Shown here one piece after another: positions 27,276 through 40,707 of a stretch of 64,000 bases of DNA (position 1 is its first letter; each line of letters begins with the position of its first letter). This DNA is from Octopus vulgaris (lineage: Eukaryota), in assembly GCA_951406725.2 (NCBI GenBank), contig OX597820.1, forward strand, positions 41,850,001 to 41,914,000, given 5' to 3'. A program made the position numbers and the translations under genes. The notes under the pieces were generated by a model, which saw only the letters and a list, made by a program, of their open reading frames with translations, was not told the origin of the DNA and did no database searches.

Positions 27276-28495
27276 CAGATATACATATATATGTACACAC
27301 ATACACATCTATATAGGCCCCAAATTTGAAATTGAGTCAATATCGCTTATTCACCATTCCAGCCAATCTTTCATCTTTTACGCCCTTATCTATCATTTAT
27401 TTATTTATTTATTTATCTATTTATCGATTACCAATTCATTCGCCTTGCTTTTTTTATGTTTTTTGTTTTTGTTTTTTCTCGTTCGTTTCTTTTTTTTTAT
27501 TTCCCTCCAGTTTTTTTTTTATTTTATTTTGTTCGCGTCGCTTTTACAAGTAAAATTCAGCTCTTTGTACTTTGCCTGATAGCATATTCTTTCATTACTA
27601 TATTCTCTTACTCTTTTAATGTATTTGGCGCTGGCCAAACAGATACCATATTATCTTCCCTTCTCACACCCACCTACCTACCTCACCTATCGCTTCCACC
27701 AACATCATCAACATCCCATCACAGTCTGCTAACATCGGTAGCATCACAAACACCGTCACCAACTCCATTAAACCTCGCAACATTTCCATCAGCATTGTTA
27801 TCGACATCACCAAACCGACTTCTTCACAATCACCAGCACTAACATTAGCAACGCGAAGACAACTAGCACCAACACCGACCCCACTATTAGTATTAACAAC
27901 GTCACCACTCTCTACCTTCTCCCGTTACCCTCACTAACTCAATCATCAATGCCATAAGCTTTCTCTTCTAATCACTGCTATCGCCATTGTCGTCACCGCA
28001 ACAGACACGAAGGATTACGCATGCGTATAAAAAGGTCACTGCTAATGGAAGTGACAGATTCCGTTTTTCTCTACCGTTGAATTCTGGGTAAAATTCATTA
28101 AACATTGCTGTCGACATGAATGATTGATTTACACGGTAAACGAACGCCTTCATCTCAGCTAACGAGGCAGCCGACAACTCCGGCAGGCGTCTCAAAATTA
28201 TGAATGATAATGGGTAACACGGGTTAGTCGAGAGCAGACTACAGCGGAAGGTGTAGGGAATGCTGCGTAGTGAAGAGAAGAGCCGACGCCATTGAAATCT
28301 GTTTGCATAGGCCTTGGTGATCGTTTGACTTATGACCCATTATTTCGGGCTCTCCACTAATTATTCCTTCCCTTAGCCATTATTACTCTTTCATTCTTTA
28401 CACTTCTGTTTCATTTTTTTGTATCTTCCTCCTTTTCTATTCACTTTAAACAACGCTCTCTTTTCTTCTGTATACTACACATATACACACAAACT

Positions 28496-28527
<32 letters not shown>

Positions 28528-28581
28528 GTATGTATGTATGTATATATGTATATATACATGCATATTTATATACATACATAC

Positions 28582-28664
<83 letters not shown>

Positions 28665-29801
28665 CACACACGCACATATATATATACGCATATATACACA
28701 TATACATATATATATACATACATTCACATTCACGTATACATATGTATACATATAAATGTGTGTGTGTAGGTGTGTATGCGTGGATGTAGGTATACAGATA
28801 TGCATATACTAACATACATACTTTAATCTACTCTCTCATACATATACAAGTCTATTCTATTTGAAGAAACATATTTCTACATTTACTTGAACGACTGAGG
28901 CTTTCTTTTTCTAAAACACATGAATATACTTACACACAATCTTATAAAGACACGCAAATACATACACATTGGCACACAATTACATACAAGCATACGCATG
29001 CGCGCGCTCACGTATACATACACACGCACACACACACACACTTCAATTGGCATATGTAAGAGCGTATGCAAACACATACTCATGAGTGACTGCATACGCA
29101 TTAACGCATACACAGTTATGAACACACACACACACACACACACACTCATATAGAGCGTTTCATGTATTTGGTGAAAATGTTCATATTCTCTTGCTGACAG
29201 CCGTAACTCTGTTTTTCTCACCTCTTGAATCACTCAATTAGCTTGGTACTTTTAATAATGTATTCATAGAAATAAGTTAAAACTAACGAGCAATGAATGA
29301 AGGAATGAATATTCTTGATAACCCGTCTGCATTCTAGTTCTTTTTTCTCCATCTGTCATTTTCGTCTCCTTCACTCCCTCCCTCCCTCCCTCCCTCCCTC
29401 TCTCCCTCACTCACTCATTCACTCACTCACTCACTCACTCATTCACTCGCTCACTCACTCACTCACTCACTCACCATTTCCCTCAATTGACTCAGTCAGG
29501 CTTTCTCTCTACCTCACATGTACGACAAATTTCCCTTAGCTTTTGCAGATATTCTACAGATTTTCTACATTTCTCTTCAATTTCTTAAGATCCGTTCCTC
29601 TTTACTTAATTATTCTCTATTCTTTGTTGCTTTCACATGCTTTACTTTTTTTTTATTTTTCTTGTAAGATTAAAAAAAAATCTTTTCTTATTAATTTACT
29701 TACCAGCTTGCTCCCAAAATGCTTCTCTCTCTCTCTCTCTCACTCTATCTCTCTCTCTCTGTGTCTCTCTCTCTATCTATGTATCTATGTATCTATCTAT
29801 G

Positions 29802-29841
<40 letters not shown>

Positions 29842-29910
29842 CATCTACTTGCCTATCTAGAAGGCTAGCTAACGTTATATGAGTATATGTGTACACGAAC
29901 TCACACGCAC

Positions 29911-29946
<36 letters not shown>

Positions 29947-30623
29947 TATATCCATCTCTTCTTATTTTTCCATCATTCCATCCTAGTTCCACTTCTTTTT
30001 GAAAGTAAAAGCAAAAAATACTTTTGTTAGTTTAAATTCTTCATCATATACCTCTCATTTCCACGTTCTGAAGTAATACACGCGCCTGCACACACACACA
30101 CATACACATACATATATATGCACATATATTGTTAAAGCCAAAAGTACTAAAGTTGGTTAATGTACTAAAATACCACTTACAACAATGGGATCACATCTGA
30201 TCTGGTTAACAAACCTTTACTTTGTAATAATGTTTATGGAAGCACCATTGCTCTGCACTCAACGTTACCATGAACTCGTTTCCCTAATAGCAATTTGATC
30301 GACTCTTCAGATCTTGCATTCCGCTCTTTCCCCATTTCAAAATATATTTGCACAATTAAATCTACTCTTACATGAAGATCAATTAAGGAATTTAGAGCTG
30401 GTGTGGTGGGGGTTAACAGAATTGGTTGGGCATCGGGGAAAAAATACCTCGAGGTAATGATATCTGTCTTCTATATGTTCTGAATTTCAATCCTATAGAG
30501 GTCATGACGTTACTTTTCATCATATCTGGATCGAGAGCTAAAGCACTACCAGTTAAGTGTTGGATTGATTTACTTAACTCACATATCTGACCCGACAATG
30601 TTATCTTATATTTATGGTTAAGA

Positions 30624-30652
30624 TCATCATCATCATCATCATCATCATCATT

Positions 30653-30711
<59 letters not shown>

Positions 30712-31615
30712 TTTTACTGGTGTGCTTGCTTTAGCAGTAGATTTCGTTTCTTTAGCCATTGTCGTCGTCGTCGTCATCACAACTACCACCACCGCCGCCG
30801 CCGCTGCCACCATCACCACCACTTTCTTCTTCTTCTTCTTCTTCTTCTTCTTCTTCTTCTTCTTTTCTTCCTCCTCCTTCTTTCCTCCCCCTTATTTTCT
30901 TCTTCTTCTTCTTCTTCTTCTTTTACTCCTCCTCCTTCTTTCCTCCTCCTTCTTTCCTCCCCCTTCTTTTCTTCTTCTTCTTCTTCTTCTTCTTCTACTT
31001 CTCCTCCTCCTCCTCATCCTCCTTCTTCTTTTCTTCATTGTCTTATCGAGCTCTCATCGTCACATTCCTCTCTAACTTTGCTTATTATCCTCTCTTAGTC
31101 CTCATCGATTTCATAATCGCCATAGTCGTTATTATCGTCGTTCTACTCCTTCACATCCTCCTCTTCTTCTTCAACTTCGTCATACTCCTCTTCTTCCATC
31201 CCTTCTTCGTCTTCCAACTCTCATCATTTGTCTTCTCGTCTTTTTTATCATCTTCCTCTTACTCATCTCATCTCCCCCTTCTCTCTTATTTACCATATAC
31301 AACCTCTGCCTTCTCCTCCTCTCTCTCTCTCTCTCATGCTTCTAATCAAAATTGTCGACAGCGTCTTTAACGTCGTCATCATTTTCAACATCATCATGAT
31401 TATGATCTTCTCTCTCCTCCTGGTCCTCCTAATCATCATCATCATCGTACTTTCCGTTTTTTATCGTCGTCATCGTCGACTCGTCGTCATCATCATCGTC
31501 TGCATCAGTATCGTCGTCAATGTAGTCGACGTCGTGGTCGTGGATGTCGTGGTGGTGGTGGTGGTGGTGGTTGTCGTCGTCATCATCATCATCATCGTCG
31601 TCATCATCAACGTCG

Positions 31616-31677
<62 letters not shown>

Positions 31678-31680
31678 GAT
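30624..31680. repeat. Compound trinucleotide repeat region (ATC/GTC/ACC/GCC/TTC/CTC/GTG)
   Basis: Seen directly; source of the poly-I/M/F/L/S/V pseudo-ORFs. Confidence 0.95.
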
Positions 31681-32324
31681 TTCATAAGTGTTATTCCTAT
31701 CACTGTGCGTTTAATTCATAATCGAATGTAGGTATCTTTCTATGCTCTGAGTACGTTCTCTGTATTTTTATCATTACATGTTTAGCACGTGACATAATAT
31801 GTGTTCTTTCACTAACTAGAAAGGTTTCGTTTTCTTTTCCTTCTATTTGAGTGTTGTATCTGTTTACCTTCATTAAAGGTAAACAGACTCAAACACACAC
31901 ACACACATACACATGCATACAGAATCTCTCTCACACATACACACATGTATGTAGGTATGTGCAAACGAGCAAATTCACAGACACATCACGAATATACAGA
32001 GGCACGTCTACATATATACATCAGATACAGACACGCTGACAATGGTTCGTAAAGAGATATATGTTTCCTCATCCATTTACCTACATGAGTGGTTTCGATT
32101 TGGTGGATGGAAGGGTCGGAGGTGAGGTGAGTACTGGGTTCTAAAGAAGAGAAACTAATGTAGCTTAAACCCAGAGACATGATTCTCCTGGTGAGCTGAC
32201 GTCAATTTAATAAACCATCTACGCCTACCACATACTAATGCTGTATCAGATTCCTTCCTAAGTAGGCAGTTTAGAAGAAGTGACAAACAGACAGACCATA
32301 CGCATGCACACACATACACACACA

Positions 32325-32459
<135 letters not shown>

Positions 32460-33010
32460 ATATATAAATATATATATACATATTATATGTATATATGGAT
32501 ATATATACATGTATATATATATATATATATATACATGTATATAAACATATATATATACATACATACACACACACACACACATATATATACATATACATAC
32601 ATACAAATATATATATATATACACAAATACACACACGCACAAATACACGCACACACACATACATATATGAGTATGAGTAATAGATTGAGATATATATATA
32701 TAAAAAAAAAGTATGAAGAACATCAAAATAATCAGAGGGGCCCGTACTACTCCCCCGAACTCTATACTCAATTTTACCAAGTCACATGACATCAGCTATG
32801 TCCAGGCATAACAGGAAATGCTCCAATCGGATCTAACTGTCATCTCTTACCTATGAACACGCTGCACGTGACATTCCAATCGAAGCTGTCAATTTTCGAT
32901 TCACGTCAAGTTTCATCAGACTTGTCGCCGAAACTAGTTTTGTTGTTCTCTGCAACTGTTTATAGTTTTGTCATTCGACGTTTCTGTCACTCTTACTTTC
33001 AACATTATAT

Positions 33011-33357
33011 TTCCCTTTTTCTTCTTCTTCTTCTTCTTCTTCTTCTTCTTCTTCTTCTTCTTCTTCTTCTTCTTCTTCTTCTTCTTCTTCTTCTTCTTCT
33101 TCTTCTTTTTCTTCTTCTTTTTCTTCTTCTTCTTCTTCTTCTTCTTCTTCTTCTCCTCCTCCTTCTTCTCCTTCTTCTTCTACTTCTTCTTCCTCTTTTT
33201 CGTCTTCTTCTTCTTCTTCTTCTTCTTCTTCTTCTTCTTCTTCTTCTTCTTCTTCTTCTTCTTCTTCTTCTCCTCCTCCTCCTCCTCCTCCACCACCACC
33301 TCCTCCTCCTCCTCCTCCTCCTTCCTTCTCCCCCTCCTCCCCTCTTTCTCCTCCTCC
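33011..33357. repeat. (CTT)n/(CCT)n polypyrimidine tract, ~345 bp
   Basis: Seen directly; almost purine-free on the + strand. Confidence 0.97.
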
Positions 33358-33689
33358 GCATTAACTCTACTTCATTTACGCTTTATTTCATTTTCTCTTT
33401 CTTTCATATGTAATGTATTTCTTGCCCTTTTTTCTCTCTATATCCTTCTCTTTAGTTTTAGCATTATACCGACATATCATTCAGTGCATGTATGTTTATA
33501 CTTATGTATATATAGGATACACAGGATCTTATGGTGTAATTGCAAGGCATATACACACGCAACACATACACACACAAACACACACACTCCATACACACAC
33601 AAGACACATTTACTCATACAAATAGATCTATTTATCTATCATTCCATCTATTTACCTATCTATCTACTTTCCTGTCCATCTGTGTATGT

Positions 33690-33767
<78 letters not shown>

Positions 33768-33775
33768 GTGCATGA

Positions 33776-33880
<105 letters not shown>

Positions 33881-34934
33881 ACATATACTTCCATAGAATT
33901 TGACGATTTGGATATACTTGGATTCTAAATAGAACTCACAACAATTATACTAAGCAGCAATGTCACCAACAATTCTAGTTTCCAACTGTCTTTCACTTCT
34001 CTGTATTGGATTCTCTCTCTTATTCTTAGACTTATTCTCTAATATCTATCCCCATCTATCTCTTTCTCTACCTGCCTTTCGTTCCTATCCACTTGCTATT
34101 AGACTAAGTTGTAATTCAATACATACATTCTTCTATGCATTCGAGAAACATAAATGTGTCTATCTAACTATATTAATCAGAATTCAGTAACGGGGAAGTG
34201 TATGTTTTCAATTTCCAACATCACCACCTTATAATCCACTTCTACCTCTCTTTCTTTTCCCTTGCAAAGAAGGGTCAGGGTTTAAACGGTGTATTGTTAA
34301 AAAGCAATTGCTTGTTCTACTGACAACTTCCAGGGTATGACGTGTTCTGTTTCAAGCTGGTTTCAGTGGCAACGTTTTGTATGAAATGCTAATTTCTTCC
34401 TATATAATTATTTACAGGCATGCCAATAAAATCACTGATTTCACAATTACAGGTTCGTTAATCTGACCTTTGTTCCTCACTAACAAGTATCATTTGCTAG
34501 TCAGATATCACAGTCATACCACAACAGTTCAAATCGCATCCCATCTTCAGAAAATTTAATCTTAAATTGTCATGATTTTTCGTCGGACAAAATCAAGTTC
34601 TCTTAAAAATTTATTTATAGATAAGACGGTGAGCTAGCAGAATTGTTATCACGCTGGGTAAAATACTTATTTCAAAATTCGCCGAGGTCAGTTTATTTTT
34701 CATTCTTCTGGAGTCACGAAAGACATGCAAGACAATCAAAGGTAAAAAAAAATAAAAGAAGCAAGCAAAAAAAGAAAAATGGATAAATAAATAAATAACC
34801 GTTAACTTCATTCTAGCGTTTATTATTTGCTGCTAAACTTTTCCTCGCAGTAATTGCGACCTGTTCACTCACGTAGTTCTGCAACTCAAAGGTCTATGTG
34901 CGCTCTCGCAACTGTGTGTACGCATGTCTGTGCA

Positions 34935-35215
34935 GTATGGCTGAATGGTACTATATTTCGCTTCGCAAGCACGTGGTCCTCCGTTCTAGTGAACAGCGCG
35001 GGATCTTGCTGTAATGTAATTTTCTATACTCTCTGTCATGCCATACATTGAAGCACATCGGAGGGAATGTGCCTATAAATGGAAAACTGGCAGCTTTTTC
35101 GCATAGTAGCGAGCTGACTCTGACTAACAACTATACTAATGTGACCTGTGTCTGTGAAACGCGAAACCACTTACACGTTAACTTCGAAGCAGGTAATTTG
35201 GTTGATCGGACAACA
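34935..35215 (+). mobile_element. Old degenerate SINE with family C-like 3' end
   Basis: A-box-like tggctgaatggta; 3' ccacttacacgttaacttc..gcagg...gttgatcgg is similar to 13801-13845. Confidence 0.4.
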
Positions 35216-35753
35216 GAATACACGTCATCAAATACAGAAAAGCACTTTTCCGAGCTCCTATCCCAAAACGACGAATTGAAATTGTGTCCCGATACATGAA
35301 ACTTAGGTAATCTCGATAAAATAGTTTGTATTACGTTATTTATGTATGTGTGTTCTTCATAGGATAGTAATGGTGATGACAATAGCAATGCCTAATACTT
35401 TTATTTAACAATGTACAATATCTTACAGAACTCTATAGAAGAATATCATTCCCAATGATAATACAAAATCAGGAGTGAGTTACTATCAAACGCAGAGCAT
35501 ACTAGCTAGAAGTCCGATAACTTACTTAGACAATAAAAATAGAAATAAAAAAAATAATAATAATAAATAAATTTAAAGAGCATTATGCTAAATTAATGAA
35601 ACATGTCTGTCCTGAGGTTGAAATATTCAGTGAAACGTTGAGTCTCTAGTGAATTGAACTTTTTCTCAATACAATTTGTATAACAAATAAATGAATGAAT
35701 AAATAAATAAAGCACTAAATAAATATAAAAATAATAATAATAATAATAATAAC

Positions 35754-35805
<52 letters not shown>

Positions 35806-36527
35806 GATCTATCAAAAGCTATAGAAGAAAGATTTTGAAAAGGAGAAAGAAAAAAATTCCAGTTGGTAGTTTCGCTGTTCCGTTGATGGAACGTTGTCTT
35901 GAAGGGAAGAAACGTAATGACGGTTCTTATAGGATTAATGTGGCGAGAATCTATATCATGTGGTATGCGAAGAGGAAATATAGTAAAAACAAAAAAAATA
36001 AATAAAAACAAAACAAATAATAATAATAAATAAATGAAATAAAAACATAACTAAGGAAAAACGGTACAAAAGAAAGAGATGAAATAAAATGTTAAAAAAG
36101 GAAGAAAAGACAAAAGGAAATCATAACTGAGGAAACAAAAAAGCAGAAGAGATGAGGAGAGAAAGGTGGAGGAAGACAACGAAAGTGAAGAAAGGCTGCA
36201 AAAACAACCACTACAAGAACAACAACAAAAACAAAAAGAGAGACGGTAAAAACATCAGGTGGAGAATATTGTATGATGTGCAGATTCTGTATTGTTGTTA
36301 GTGTTGTGTACTAAGTTCTGTAGGAGAACGTGCGAGTATGTGCATTTGATTGAATGTTTGTGCGTAGCAGTAATAGTATGTTGTATATAGTTATGCAAAA
36401 TAAACATGCACACACATATACACACACATATAAATACATATACATATGTAGACAAATCATTCATATATATATATATATACATGCATACATACACGTATTA
36501 TATGTCTATGTTGACTGTGTATGTATG

Positions 36528-36558
<31 letters not shown>

Positions 36559-36846
36559 TACATATGAATATAAATGGATGTATGTACATATATATGATGC
36601 ATACATAGATATGTGCGTCTGTGCTTACATTCATTCCTATAAAGAACAAAACATAATGCGGAGAAGGTAAGAGTGGGGAAAACGAAAATATATGTGATGA
36701 GATAGATATTTTTTTCTTATTTAAAAAATATTCGATGAAAACAAAACAAGAAACATGTAAAATAAGCAGAACAATGTCACTGCAAAAAAAAAAAAGTAAA
36801 CAGTAACACATACCTGATGTAGTATCTCCCTCACCATCCACACAAA

Positions 36847-36886
<40 letters not shown>

Positions 36887-37971
36887 CATGTATGTATATA
36901 TGTATACGTATATATGTATATGTATATATATATGTATATATATATACATATATACATACATACATACACACATACATACATACATACATACATACATACA
37001 TACATGCATACATACATATATATATGAATGTAAGGACATATCCGCATATAGACTGTAGTGGAAGCGAAGATGATGTTTAGGTTGAAGAAGGAGTCGAGGG
37101 ATGTTAAATGATATAGAAAAGTAGAAGTAGAGAAACGAAATGGCAGATTCAAATAAAACGGTCACTTAAAAGATGAGAGAGAATGGTGAATGGCGCAGGT
37201 GGGCGATATATTGTGTAGGAGAAGGTAGGGGGAGTGAGATTGAATACGATGTCAGAGAAAGAAGGAAAGAAAGACCGAAGGAGATGGGATAAAAGAAAAA
37301 AAATATCAGTTAAGAAAATAGGAAAAAAAACCCAAAAAGAGCGAAAGTAACTAAATGCCAAAAAAAAAAAAAAAAAAATCTACCGAAAGAAAAGGAAAAG
37401 GAAAATGAAAGACAAGAATGAAAAAGAAACAAGAACGAAAGAAGCACTTGAAATCTGAAATTCTTTCTAGTCTTGTCAGAAGTCGAGATGAAAAAATAAT
37501 GGTAATTTTCAAAGTAACATTGAATAAAGAATAAATAAATAGATAAATAAATAAATAAACAAACAAATAAACAATAATAAAAGTGGCATCAACGGGAACA
37601 ACATGAATAAATAATTCATCCAGTATATTCGGGGCGAAATTTGGAAGAGATTTGTCTTCAAATTCTAGCCGTTTCGGGAGGCTGTGTAAAGTTTCACTCA
37701 CCACGAAATACATTTCACTCTACCAATCAAAATTCAGAGACAGACCGGTACAACAGAAGTCGTATAGTATTCACCAACATTAGACAAAGTTTACATGTCG
37801 ACTTCAATAACGTGTGAGTCCTCATGACTAGTATAAGCAAAGCTTTCGAATTCGTCTTTTGCTAGCCACTTGCAACTGTTACCAAAACATCTTGTAACAT
37901 AATAAAATATTCATATGACTCACACACGCGATATATATTCCACCACACACATAAACGCACACACTTTGATA

Positions 37972-38890
37972 CAGCGCATGGATGTGTTGTATGAAACTTG
38001 CTTCCCAACCGAATAATTCGGGGTTCAGTCCTACTGCATAGAACCTTGCTCAAGTGTCCTCGACTGTAGGCCTCGAGTCGACTAAAGTGTTATGACTGGA
38101 TTTGGTAAACGGAAACACTAGCAATGTGCACCAAAGAAGAACAAAGGGCAGTGATCCAATTTCTCTGGAAAAGGGGTATAAGATACAGTACTTTGCTGGC
38201 CAACAGACTGAAGCCAGCAATTCGCACCAAATGCCGAAGCCTATTGTCGAAGAAAGTTTAGTTGCTGCATGACAATGAACGCCCACACACGGCCACCCAG
38301 ACCATTGAAATCATTAACCAATTGGGTTCTGAAGTGCTGGAATGCCCTGCCTATAGCCTAGGTCTCATCCCTTCCGACCATCATATCATTGTACCGCTCA
38401 AAAATGGCTTAGGAGGTTGTCGATTTCCTACGGATGAAGGAGGCGGTGCATAACTGCTTGCACGACCAACCGAAAACTTATTTCTGGGAAGGAATACGCA
38501 AGCTTCTGGACTGCTGGACCAAGTGCATCGAAAAGAGAGGAGACTATATAGGGAAGTGATGTACTTGTTTATCCCCTGCTTTTGTGTAAATACACTAAAA
38601 AACCAAGGGTGCGTATAATTTTTTACTCTCCTTCGTATATCTATATATATATATAAGCGAGTGTGTCTTTGTATCTGTGTTTGTCTCCCGTACCCTAACA
38701 GTTTGGCAAAAGACCCTGATACAATAAGTACCTGGTTTTCTAAAATAAGCCCTGGGGTCAGTAAAAAAGACCGATAGGATAAGTACCCAGTTTTAAAAAT
38801 ATGTCCTGTAATCAATTTGTTCGACTAAAACCATTCAAGGCGGTGCCCTAGCATGGCTGCAGTTAAATAAATGAAAGAAGTAAAAGAGAC
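37972..38890 (+). mobile_element. SINE family A interrupted by a mariner remnant
   Basis: Head 37972-38117 (cttgcttcccaacc..ggggttcagtcct..ggatttggtaaacggaaac); resumes after 38638 with (TA)n and the tail ggcggtgccctagcatggctgcag; the gaccgatag...aagtacc segment is duplicated. Confidence 0.8.
38119..38637 (+). mobile_element. Mariner (Tc1/mariner, DD34D-type) transposon remnant, internally deleted, with 3' TIR and TA
   Basis: N-terminal MCTKEEQRAVIQFL (ATG at 38124) joined to ...LLHDNERPHTA...PAYSLGLIPSDHH..PLK, frameshift, KEAVHNCL..QPKTYFWEGIRKL..CWTKCIEKRGDYIGK*; these match the mariner HDNARPH, YSPDLAPSD and W-KC-GDY motifs. Ends ...ttttactctccttcg-TA. Confidence 0.92.
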
Positions 38891-39044
38891 ATAAAGCGGC
38901 AGAATCAGTACTAATCTCGAAAGCCAATCTTTATATTTACTTTACGTGGTTGTTGTGTTAGAACACCAGATACTGATGTATTCACCTTGAAAGGACCTCT
39001 AACATGGACGCATGGTAAATAAAGGCACTCATATTTATATCTTT

Positions 39045-39200
39045 GGCGGGCGAGTATCGTCTGCTCTAGGCACCGGAACTGCCAGATCACGTGATTTCAC
39101 CTGTCCAGCCTCTACATTGGCGGACGCCCGGTAGTGACATAACAGCGGAATCTCACTACCAGCGATATATAAACCTCCTGGCTATTTGCAACATCAGTGT
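39045..39200 (+). promoter_or_regulatory. Candidate Pol II core promoter (GC box, E-box, CCAAT, TATA, TCAGT initiator)
   Basis: ggcgggcg at 39045, CACGTG at 39088, ATTGG at 39116-39120 (about -78), TATATAAA at 39166 (-30), TCAGT with A at 39196. Confidence 0.3.
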
Positions 39201-39240
39201 CTTTCCAGGCACTGATGTTGTAGATAGCCTGCAGGCTTAT
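39169..39240 (+). ncRNA. Candidate pri-miRNA-like hairpin
   Basis: 23 contiguous pairs, 39180-39202 with 39207-39229 (3 G-U), plus a ~11-bp imperfect basal stem ataaacctcct/tgcaggcttat. Confidence 0.3.
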
Positions 39241-40026
39241 GAAAAAATAATTAATAGCTACAGAAACAGTATTAATACCTAAAGCAGTCTTTATATCTAA
39301 CTTAATGTCGATGCTGTGTAACACTAAATACGGTGTTGTTTACCTTGAGAGAACCAATATATATATATATATATACATATATACACTCACACAAACATAT
39401 AGTTTTATACACACACATATATATAAATATATGTATGTATGTAAGTATGGAAGTATTGAGAATAAATTGTCCATCATAGCTAAGTATAATCAACATATTC
39501 CTCAAAGCAATCGTTAGCTTCCAAGTCTTTCTTGATACTTATCAGAAACCAGCAAGACTGTCGTCTTGCTTCGATTCTCTTTGGAGACTTCCCACTACTT
39601 CCCAAGGAGATGCTATTTGCATGTGATTAAATTCTCTTTAGCCACATGCGTGATGACTTTCTGCTCACCGTGGTTTAAATCTCCCATGTTTACAGAGATT
39701 GTTTTAAACACCAACATAAAGTATACTGGAGGTCCAAGATTGAAGGTCATATCCGCAATGACTGCGATGGTGTGGACACATGTATCGCATGCAAAGATAT
39801 CCTAGAGTAATATAAATATTCGTAGAATATTAAAGGTAACGCATAATAAGAGTACACATTTAGTGAGTATATGGGTTCTGTGGAAATGTATGTGTCTCAC
39901 TTCTTCAAACGTATGTTTATATATTTGGAAATAGGGGAGAAAAACCTCAGCAGAGGAAAGGAAGAGAGAGAGAGAAGAAGAGAGAGAGAGAAACAGACAG
40001 AAGGAGAGAGCAGAAGAGTGAGTTGA

Positions 40027-40057
<31 letters not shown>

Positions 40058-40635
40058 GAGAGAAAGAGAGAGAGAGAGAGACTTGGGTAGAGTGAAAGAA
40101 TGATGGCGAATGTTCTTATAGATAGATGGCAATGGGAAATTTGGTGTGCATGTTGATATTGCTATTTACAAAGATGCCGGTGTCTTTCAGTTAGTGGTGA
40201 TATTATATTTTATACACGCATATATATCTAGATACTCACACTTACGCACGTGTATGTGGGTATTATTGTATGTATATTAATGAAGATGGTCCAACTCCGG
40301 AAAGACGAATAAACAGAAATGACATTTCGTTTGGAAGTCGTCAAGTCATTTTTCACCACAATTGATTTTACCATTCACTATTCATGACGCTAATAAAAAT
40401 AAGTGCTTGGCAATAAACACAAGTATGATACATATATAACCACCTAAGTTGGTGCTCTACAGCCGGCGATGTTTTACGACAAAAATATTAGAAAATACAG
40501 GCATACACATATAACCATACAAGCAAACGCATGCTTGCGTGTATTACAGCAATAGAAGGTGAATAATTTAAAGAAAAATGAACGTAAGCAAATGCAGAGA
40601 TATCTAATATACATAAGATCTTGATTTATTAAAAT

Positions 40636-40707
40636 TATCTCCAACTCTTAAGGAGTTGGAGGTATCTCCAACTCTTGAGAAATTGGAGGTAACTCTTGAG
40701 GTATCTC
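40636..40707. repeat. Tandem repeat of a palindromic 27-bp unit (2 copies plus partial)
   Basis: tatctccaactcttaaggagttggagg / tatctccaactcttgagaaattggagg / taactcttgagg tatctc. Confidence 0.85.

Noticed and set aside
32845-32860. Other AG|GT juxtapositions (minus 32850, 52737, 12247, 63970; plus 5260, 7540)
   Set aside because: Each lacks either a good polypyrimidine tract or a consensus donor; expected by chance.
40636-40707. CRISPR-like palindromic direct repeats
   Set aside because: No spacers, only two full units, no cas genes, eukaryotic context.
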